A DNA stretch of 64,000 nucleotides from Azolla caroliniana (lineage: Eukaryota > Plantae > Polypodiophyta), in the NCBI GenBank assembly GCA_043228905.1, contig JBHGNT010000010.1, positions 5,022,001 to 5,086,000 of the forward strand, read 5' to 3'. Positions 1 to 9,500 of this stretch are shown in pieces; position 1 is the stretch's first letter, and each line of letters begins with the position of its first letter. A program made the translations under genes and the position numbers. The notes beneath the pieces are model-generated. The model made no database searches. It worked only from the letters and a program-made list of their open reading frames with translations, and was not told the origin of the DNA.

Positions 1-437
1 TGTGCACTCTCTTTAAATTGTACATTGGAAGTAGGTGGATGTCGCATACACTTTCGGCTGATCTCTAGACCATCTTTTTTTTTGACCCTATGCCTCCAAT
101 CATTCATTAATCAAGATAGAACAAAGAGTGAATAGAAATGTTTCTTCCCTCGACCATTAGTGATAAAGGTAAAAGAGCTCGTTCAACCTTTAGTTGATAC
201 ACTTCTTACATTGTTGTATTGAATATGAGCGGAGACATAAAGAGGCATACCGCGAGAGTTAGGTAAGATAATAAAGCGGAACAATAAATTTAAACATACG
301 ACTTGGGATGACTTCAATAAAATAAAATAAAAATGGCAACATTTATTATTGATTTCAATCTCATGCTTGAAGAGTGGGTTTTTTAGGCTCTTTATGAAGT
401 TAAGAGATTAACTATCTACGAGGGCATAGATAGGAGT

Positions 438-640
438 CAACAATGTCTCGCTTCGAGCCTAAACCGAACCGTTAAACCATTTTAAATGGTTTGGTGGTTC
501 GGCTCGGCTCTATTCATGCGTGAGCATCATAAACCGGTTTGAGCTCGGTTTGGCAAGGTTCAAGGCAAACCGAACTAGTTATGTCCAAACCAGTTTAGGA
601 ACCAATTTGGTTCAAGTTTGAAAACTTCCAAACCGGTTAA
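438..640. mobile_element. AAACCG/CGGTTT-rich DNA-transposon end or MITE fragment (hAT-like)
   Basis: Dense AAACCG/GGTTCGG motifs in both orientations. Starts CAACAAT, like the terminus of the hAT MITE at 53964. No second TIR or TSD found. Confidence 0.45.
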
Positions 641-1713
641 GCATTGAGAGATGGAAAATGTTGAATGTTTTCTTCATGTTTAATGAATGTATACGTTGTA
701 CGTATCAACCACCTCTTCGGGTATTTCTTCCCCCTACACGAGGCATGTGACCATATATAAGCAATTGAGAGGGGAAAAGAAGTTCATGAGGAGATCATCG
801 ACAAGGGCTTGCTAGAAAAACATGTTGTATTGTACTTATCAATGCTTTGGTAGATATGTATGCACAATACGGTTAAGCGTTGAGAGATGGAAAATGTTGA
901 ATGTTTTCTTCATGTTTAATGAATGTATACGTTGTACGTATCAACCACCTCTTCGGGTATTTCTTCCCCCTACACGAGGCATGTGACCATATATAAGCAA
1001 TTGAGAGGGGAAAAAAAGTTCATGAGGAGATCATCGACAAGGGCTTGCTAGAAAAACATGTTGTATTGTACTTATCAATGCTTTGGTAGATATGTATGCA
1101 CAATACGGTTAAGCGTTGAGAGATGGAAAATGTTGAATGTTTTCTTCATGTTTAATGAATGTATACGTTGTATGCATCAACCACCTCTTCGGGTATTTCT
1201 TCCCCCTACACGAGGCATGTGACCATATATAAGCAATTGAGAGGGGAAAAGAAGTTCATGAGGAGATCATCGACAAGGGCTTGCTAGAAAAACATGTTGT
1301 ATTGTACTTATCAATGCTTTGGTAGATATGTATGCACAATACGGTTAAGCGTTGAGAGATGGAAAATGTTGAATGTTTTCTTCATGTTTAATGAATGTAT
1401 ACGTTGTATGCATCAACCACCTCTTCGGGTATTTCTTCCCCCTACACGAGGCATGTGACCATATATAAGCAATTGAGAGGGGAAAAGAAGTTCATGAGGA
1501 GATCATCGACAAGGGCTTGCTAGAAAAACATGTTGTATTGTACTTATCAATGCTTTGGTAGATATGTATGCACAATACGGTTAAGCGTTGAGAGATGGAA
1601 AATGTTGAATGTTTTCTTCATGTTTAATGAATGTATACGTTGTACGCATCAACCACCTCTTCGGGTATTTCTTCCCCCTACATGAGGCATGTGACCATAT
1701 ATAAGCAATCGAG
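635..1713 (+). repeat. 236-bp tandem repeat, ~4.6 near-identical copies
   Basis: Units start GGTTAAGC at 635, 871, 1107, 1343 and 1579. The last copy breaks off at 1713 into a TATG/TG microsatellite. Confidence 0.95.
660..872 (+). pseudogene. PLS-class PPR gene fragment (the repeated unit of the 236-bp array)
   Basis: Translates across a stop and frameshifts as FFMFNECIRCTYQPPLRVFLP/..ACDHI*AIERGKEVHEEIIDKGLLEKHVVL../NALVDMYAQYG. This matches the L-to-S PPR pattern AC....A...GK..H..I...G....VVL.NALVDMYAKCG. Confidence 0.8.
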
Positions 1714-1846
1714 GTATGTGTGTATATATATCTATGTATGTGTGTGTATATGTATTTATGTATGTGTGTATATGTATCTATGTATGTGTGTATATGTATA
1801 ACAATATATATGTATGTGTATGTGTATGTGTGTATATGTATATGTA
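1714..1846. repeat. TATG/TG compound microsatellite
   Basis: Seen directly. Confidence 0.9.
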
Positions 1847-2509
1847 AACGAATGGTTTTATAATATTCGTAGAGTCATTTTCTATTCTCGAATATCTCGA
1901 ATATTACGGATATCGAATACCACGAATATCACACATGGGTCAATCTATGATTCTATATATGTACTGTGTACATATGTAACTTATTATACATACTATGAGC
2001 GTGTATAATAATATATTTATACTATATGTGTTTTTTCCAAAAGATTATATGTGTTTTTATAACACCCATTAAATAATATTATTTTCAAATATTTATTCTT
2101 TACAAATAATATTATTTCAAATTTTAAACAATAACCTTTATTAAATACTTTAAGAGTGTAAACTCTAGGTTTAATTTTAATGTTTTAAGTTTTAAGTTAA
2201 AACTAAATTTTTTACTTATCTAAAATTTTAAGTTAACACAATTTTTTTCCAAAAAGTAACCTTTTTTTCATACTTATTAGTAAAAACATTAACACAATTT
2301 ATTATATGTATTTCATTATATGTGTGACGTAGTTATGTTTATTTGTGCATCTTTGTGTACTTTCTATAGTAATGAAATGTATAACAATGAAGCATCATAT
2401 AAAGCTTTTCATTATTAAAATTTGTATGTCAAATGACATGTTAGTTTTTGCACTCTCATGTCAGCCCATCAAAAAATTTAAATACTAACCCGTCAAATGC
2501 AGGCTCCGG

Positions 2510-3482
2510 TGTCGTGAAGCTGTTGCTTCACGATGTCAAAACAATGTCAAAAGTCTATAGAAGTAATTTCCCATCTAAAGCTTATGACGAGTAGCATGTA
2601 GGAATTTTCGGTTCATGAATCAGAGTTTCAGAAGCCCAAGATACAACCTTTGGAAGGACTAATGCAACTTGGGACACAAATGTAATTATGTAAAAAGGGG
2701 GATTCGAAATTAAATAAGGGCCATTTTTTGTAATTTCTCAAATGTACAACTACAAAATCGAATTTGTAGAATTTATAAATAAAATAAAATAAAAAATAAT
2801 TAAAATAAAAATAAATAAAAAACGCATGCATGAGGCGGTCTGTCAACTAGCTCAAGAGGGTGGTAGGGCGGTTGACCACCCTATAAAAGACATGCCCATG
2901 GTGGCTAAAGAGGAAGGGTAGAGGGGGAAAAGGAAGAGGAGGAGAAGAAGGGATGTAAAGACGCTCATCAAGCTAACGGCCTGCTAAATATAATAGAATA
3001 AGAAAAGAAAAGAAGAAAACCAAGAAGTTGAAGTGGTGTATCTTAAACGCCTCTTTGCAAACAAAAGGTTGTGAGTTTGAATCCTCTCAAACAAAAAGAA
3101 AAGAAGAAAACCAAGAAGTTGAAGTGGTGTATCTTAAACGCCTCTTTGCAAACAAAAGGTTGTGAGTTTGAATCCTCTCAAACAACTTCTTTTGGTAAAC
3201 AAATTTTGTAATATAAATTTTGTATATATAAGGAGAAAGAGACTTAAATGAATAAAAATGAAATAAATTGAAGTGGACTATCTCAAACACTTATTCTTAA
3301 AATAGAGGTTGTGAGTTCTAGTCTTGCCAAGTAACTTTTGGCAAATAAATATTGTAAGTGGTGTTTTACAAATAAATTTCTTTTCATGACAACGTTGCAT
3401 CTATCTGGCTTTCTCGGCTTCTTGTCATTGCACCATCTGTGATTACGCCTTGTCATCCCGATCATCCCCGACAGTTGCGACA
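2510..3482 (+). mobile_element. Solo LTR, Gypsy-like, no TSD
   Basis: TGTCG...CGACA termini. 5' hairpin TCGTGAAGC-tgtt-GCTTCACGA, placed like the terminal hairpin of the Gypsy-3 LTRs. TATA (cctataaaa, 2880) is followed by a purine tract, with AATAAA at 3371. The flanks do not match each other. Confidence 0.6.
3003..3340 (+). repeat. 91-bp tandem duplication plus a third diverged copy, each tRNA-like
   Basis: CAAGAAGTTG at 3021 and 3112 (period 91); diverged copy at ~3262-3340. Each has GAAGTGG followed by GGTTGTGAGTT(T/C). Confidence 0.8.
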
Positions 3483-5497
3483 CACAACCATAATCTTCTC
3501 GACACTGGAGATCTCGGATCTGTAAAGATGGGAAATGAAGGAGCATGTCGAATTGTCGGCATAAGAGATGCATGTCTGATGACATCGATCGGGTGCAGAC
3601 TAGTGCTGAGAGATGTTCGGCACGTTCCTGAAGCCGATCAATTGGTTGGATGATGAAGGCTACACGGGTAGCATCCGTAACGACGTCATGAAGTTCTCCA
3701 AGGGAAGTATAATCGTGGCTCGAGCCCGAACAACCAGTACACTCTACATAATGAATGCTTGATTATGCCGAGGGGAAGTAAACGTGGCAGCCGACACAAC
3801 AAGTGAGCAGTGGCACAAGAGGCTATGCCACATGAGCTAGCAAGGATGCAGATGCTAGCCGAAAAAGAACTCCTACCGGAGGTAAAGAAAGTGTATCGAT
3901 TGCTTGGCCGGCAAGCACAATCGAACCTCATTCCGATCGAGACCCCCGATGAGGAAGAAAATGTTGCTGGAACTCGTGCATACAGACGTATGCTATGTGG
4001 ACACAAAGTCGCATGTTGATTCACAGTATTTCGTGACCTTCATAGACGACTGTAGCCAGAAGTTGTGGGCTTCCGTGCTGAAGACAAAGGATCAAGTGCT
4101 ATTTCGACGAAATATTCGCCCCGGTTGTAAAGATGACGTCAATCCAAACAATGTTGAGCATCGCGGCTAGCATGGATCTCGAAGTCGAACAACAGGACGT
4201 CAATACTGCCTTCCTCCATGGAGATTTGGAGGAATATATATACGTGCACCAGTTGGAAGGATTCGTTGAAAAAGGTAAAGAAAACCTGGTATGCCGATTG
4301 AGGAAGAGCTTGTACGGGCTAAAGCAGGCACCTCGGCAATGGTATTGAAAATTTGAATCCTTCATGGTGGATCACGATTTTGGCAAGACACAAGCTGAAG
4401 TATGATGGAGGAGATTTTCTCATCCTCTAGTTGTATGTTGATGACATGTTGATTGTCGAATAGGAACCGAAGAAAATCAGAAGCCTGAAGAAGACCTTGA
4501 GTAGGTCGTTCTCGATGAAAGACATGGGTCCGGGAAAACAAATCTTGGGAATGCACATTGTTTGGGATCGAACAAAGAAATTTTTATGGTTGTCACAGGA
4601 GAAGTACGTGACAAAAGTGCTCCAGAGATTCGGCATGGAAAGCGCAAAACCGGTTAGTTCAACACTGCCGACAAACTGTAAGTTGAGGAGAGAAGTCAAT
4701 GTCCAAAATCAGAAACCGAGAGAGCCGAGATGTCAAAAGTCCCTTATGCCTCGGCAGTCAGAAGCCTTATGTATGCAATGGTGTGTACAAGGCTGGACAT
4801 TGGATATGCAGTCAACGTGGTTAGCCGATATATGAGCAACCCCGAAAGAGAGCATTGGGTTGTCGTGAAGTGGATACTTCGGTACCTAAAAGGCACCTCG
4901 AATGTGTGTCTTCAATTCGGCTCGGGTAACCCCACATTGGAAGGTTATACTGACTCAAACATGTCGGTTGTTGTGGATACCAGCCGATCCACGTCCGGGT
5001 ATGTAATAACTTATGTAAGGGGAATTGTTTCGTGGCAATTGAGGTTGTAGAAGGCCGTAGCACTGTCGACGACAGAAGCCGAGTATATGGTTGGAGTGGA
5101 AGCCGGCAAGGAGATAATATGGATGAAGGAGTTTATCGGAGAATTGGGAATTTGACAAGAGGAATTCCGACTTGTTGAGAGATCAAGCTCAACTTAGTTT
5201 AGTTAGTTAGTCAACACATGTAACTTAGTAGTTACCTAGATAGAATCTAGTTAGTGTGTTGACCATAAAGCCTTAAATAGGATTTTGTACTCGAGTGGGA
5301 TACATTGTAGATCCACCACTCCATTCTCATTTAATATAGGACTTACACGTTGTACCTATATTCTCCTAGCACATGTGCACCCTTGCACATGAAACCTATA
5401 TATACCTCATTGAAGGTAAATTTTTTGTATTTGATGATTTGATGATGTTTTATAATATACTCTAGTTTACTCATCCCCCATCTTGTGTTATTCATAA

Positions 5498-5543
<46 letters not shown>

Positions 5544-5793
5544 TATCACATAATCTTCCACTTATTAACTTTATCACATAATTAGGTACTAATTAACTCT
5601 TAATTACTTACCTAATTCTTAACATGGTATCAGAGCATGTGGTTTAGCATATCCACTAAGCCCACCCGGCACTCCGTGATTGTGTGCTCAAAACGCCAAC
5701 GACAAATTCCGGCCATCCGCTACCGTAGTGCCACTACATAGCACAAGTACGTGATCGAAGAAAGAAGAGCCAAAAAGGAAGACACAAAACAAC

Positions 5794-6518
5794 ATGAACA
5801 CACAAATGAGTAGCTCGCTCCCTAATGAAAAGCTAGACCAGAGCAATTATTCATCTTGGGAGTACAAGATGACCCAATACCTCGTCGGCCAAGGGTATTG
5901 GAGCTACATCAACGACGCACTCGAGAACAAGCCCGACAACACAAACGCCAACTACCCAACGTGGGAGCAAGGAACGAGTCGGGTAATGTATGGCTTGGCA
6001 ACATGTGTCCATGACCATATGCTTAGCCACATTCGAGACGCCAAGACGCCTAAAGAGGCGTGGGAGAACTTAAAGAAAATGTTCGTCGCCAACACGACTG
6101 CCCGCAATCTTCAACTTCGACAAGAGTTGAATAACATTCGGCAAAAAGACATGTCTGTGTCGGACTACACCGCCAAAATCAAGAGCATTTGTGACTCGCT
6201 TGGCTCCATCAACATAAACGTCGACGAAGACGAGATGGTTCAAGTATGCTTGGGCGGCCTCACATAACGATTTGATCCACTACGGACGACAATCTTGGCG
6301 AGAGAAAACCCTCATTCATTCTTCGACCTCCAATCGATGTTATTGGTCGAAGAAAACCACGTCCGAACCAAAAGCAAGGCACCAGAAGGACAAATGTTCT
6401 TCTCGAATTCAGACGATGGTTGAGGGAGAGGTCGTGGCGGTAGAAGAGGAAGCCATCGAGGAACCTTTGGAAGAAGGGGGAGATTCCAAGCCAAACAAGG
6501 TCGGCAAACGAGGCCTGA
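5794..6518 (+). pseudogene. Copia-2 gag (disrupted)
   Basis: UBN2-like gag (NYSSWEYKM...KEAWENLKKMF). In-frame stops at 6265 and 6421; cut by Gypsy-3. Confidence 0.85.
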
Positions 6519-9500
6519 TGTCATAGTGTATTTCGTACACTACGTGAAAAACTTATAAAGTATCAATTTAATAAATATGAATAAATAGTAGAAAATATTA
6601 AAATATATATAACATGCATAAGGTAGGATTCAAACCTTACACCTCCATGTTGATAATGTGAAACCTTACCATTACACTAACATTTCATTAGTGTTAAAAA
6701 GTAGATGTTCCACTTAGAAAAGTAAGTTCACGTGGGATAAACTTTAGTTAAAAGAAAAACGCATGCTAAAAGAAAAAGCTACGCATGCACATCTAACGTG
6801 CATGAACGCTATAGTTGATAAAAAATGCACAAGTTAGAAAAAGCATAATCACTTTAGATAAAGCATATAGTCTATCTATAGGAAAAGCATGGAGTCTATA
6901 GTTAGAGAAAAAAAAAGCATGGATTCCTAAGACTCCCTCATCACTACATAAGGATGGGGAGCACAATGTAATAGGGGTGTAAAATATTGGGAAATTGGAT
7001 ATATTTCCTAAAACACCAACAATCAATAAACTATAATAGTGGGATTCACGAAATAATATAATACTTGTGGGATTCACAAGGTTTGATCTCTTTTCTATTT
7101 CTATTCTAAACTATTTCAATTTATTACTATGATTAAGATAAACTAAAAAAAACTCTACTTGTGGGATTCACAAGCTTCTAATAATCTATACATAACTAGA
7201 CTCTTCTCAAATTCTTCCTCCTCCTAGTCCAAAACCCCAACGGTTCCCACCCGACTCACGTAACGATCCGAAGCTGAAAGGCATGACATAAGTGGTGAAC
7301 CCGATGTGAAAACGGGTGGCAAGGAGATGGAGAATCAACAAGCTAACAATATGATGGAAATGTTCGAGCGGATGCTACAAGAACAACGCGCAATCTCAGA
7401 GATTTTGGCAACAGTAGAGCGGCTCGTGCAACGCAACAAGCAATTCAACGGTAAGGATGTGTCGTGATATTTGCAGGACTACAAGGCAGAGATGCTCCGG
7501 TGCCGGATTTCGGAAGGACTGCAAGTGGCATCCTTCAACCGGGTGGCGACCAACGGGCTTCAAGGGAGTATCCACAGGTTACAACAGCAAAATCTGACGT
7601 GGGAAGCATTTGAAGAAGCATTAAAGACCACGTTCGCCATCGAGGACTCCTCCAAGGCAACACGGAGGGGATTCAAAGATTGGGTGGAAACGCCAGGTAA
7701 GGGGCTGAAGGTCCTCAAAGTGTTTTCGTCATTCGAAAGTCGGTTCGGGGGGTTGTCCGCGAGAGATCAAACTATTCTTGCACCGGACAAAGTCATCATG
7801 TTTTTGCGGGTTGTGGACGTCCGGGACCGGAAAGATCTCGGAGTGCTTCTGGAGGACGACCACCGAAAGCGGCCTCACCAAAACGTGGGAAAGCGTGCGG
7901 GATATCGTCGTGCGATACACGAAGAGGGGGCAATGGCTTGCTAACGAAGAGAAGAGGGTTTCGGAACCGATTCCAAAACCGAGATCCGGATTGGAGGACC
8001 ATCAACTATGGGCTCGAGAGACTACGACCGAGAAGGGGATTGACGCAACCATGGTGGAGCAGTTGCTGAAAGATATGGAGAATCTGAAAATCGCGATGGT
8101 GAAGAAGTTGGGAGACCGTCCCACAAACTCCAAGTATATGGACCGTCGATGTATATGGTGTGATAGCACCGAACACGATCGGAGGGATTGCGACGAGCAC
8201 AAGGAGGCGTTACGACGAGATCTTATCTACTACGAGGGAAATCGAATTCATTCGATGGACTCTCGGAAGCCACTCCGACCGAACTTCCGGAAAGGCAACA
8301 TGAAGAAGGTTCTAGAGGAAGAAATAGCGGAAAAAGGTAATTATGCGACAACTGCGGGAATAAGTGTGGGTGAGTCGTGGGGAGCAAAGACGTCTTTTTG
8401 GCCGGATATGCTAAAACACCCCGAGAAAACCGACTCCAATGAGATCCGAAGCACCACGGAAGGCATCCGTGAAGCTACAGGATGGGAGTGCCCCGTGGAT
8501 AAGAATAGCATGTTTGCTTTATGCCAATTGCATGAAGTGTATGTAGATGAGACGCGACGTCGCACGGATGAGGCGGCAGAATCCTCGATAGCCGGGTAGA
8601 TTTTTCGCTTCGAGAATTACTCGGAATAGCGAAGAAGGAGTTCGATGATCTTCTTGTGGATCTCGTGAAGAGAAAAAGGCAAAGTATGGAGGAGAATGCT
8701 CCAAGGGTGAATGCAAATACCGTTTTAATGAATGACACCGAATTGGAGGATGAAATACCGAATTCTCACTACACAAAGCCACACTGGGCACACGCAACTA
8801 CGGAGACTCCGGTCCGAATCGGTAACATCAAAGAGCCCGTGCTAGCATTGATTGATCATGGATCGGAGATCAACTTGATGTCCAAGGAGTTCTAGCGGAA
8901 GGGTAAGTGGCCTATTAACACGAATCATGGGTGGAAGATCCGGGCAACCACTAAAGCAATGGAAGAGCTATTTGCGGCTTGTCCGGATGTGATGGTGAAG
9001 ATCGGGGATGTGGAGATAGACCAAAATTTCTTCGTGCAAGATGAGGTCTCACACTCTGTGATCCTCGGGCAACCCTTTATCACGGCTTCACGGATGGAGA
9101 CAAAGGTGCTCGATAACGGTGCGGCTTTTGCACGAATTTGGAGCCAAAACGGAGGGAAATCCGTCCAATTCCTAACTGTGCCGGCAAATCATGAAAGGAA
9201 CAAGAGGGAGCTCTTGTCCCAAACGAAGATGGATTTTTAGATCGGACTGTTGCGGAGTGGGGAAGTGATAGTCCGAGAAGCCCTGATACCCCACACAAGA
9301 AGAAGACTCTCGGAGCAAAACTAGTACGAATCGGTCCAGATGGGGCATCAACGTACGCAGCCAGCCGTAACCGGAGGAATGAAGAAAGAATACCGAAAGG
9401 TAGAGAGTAAGTTACAGTCGGCATCAATAATAAAAGAAGATGAAGAAATCGTGGGGGTAGTCGAAGAAGTGTTCTATGGGAGCAAGCTACAACGGCTTGA

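Noticed and set aside
1-437. Coding-looking fragment at the window start
   Set aside because: Stops in the plus-strand frames I read and no motif I recognise.
635-1713. CRISPR-like array
   Set aside because: Whole 236-bp units repeat with no unique spacers, and the context is eukaryotic.
2510-2560. Helitron 3' hairpin
   Set aside because: No CTRR terminus at the expected distance; better explained as an LTR start.
2689-3370. Alternative solo-LTR boundaries (TGTAAAA...TTTTACA, AATTA/AATAA flanks)
   Set aside because: AT-rich chance match is likely, and U5-like sequence continues to CGACA at 3482. Not fully excluded.
6615-6685. Functional tRNA gene
   Set aside because: Acceptor and anticodon stems pair poorly and it lies inside an LTR; reported as a tRNA-like module only.
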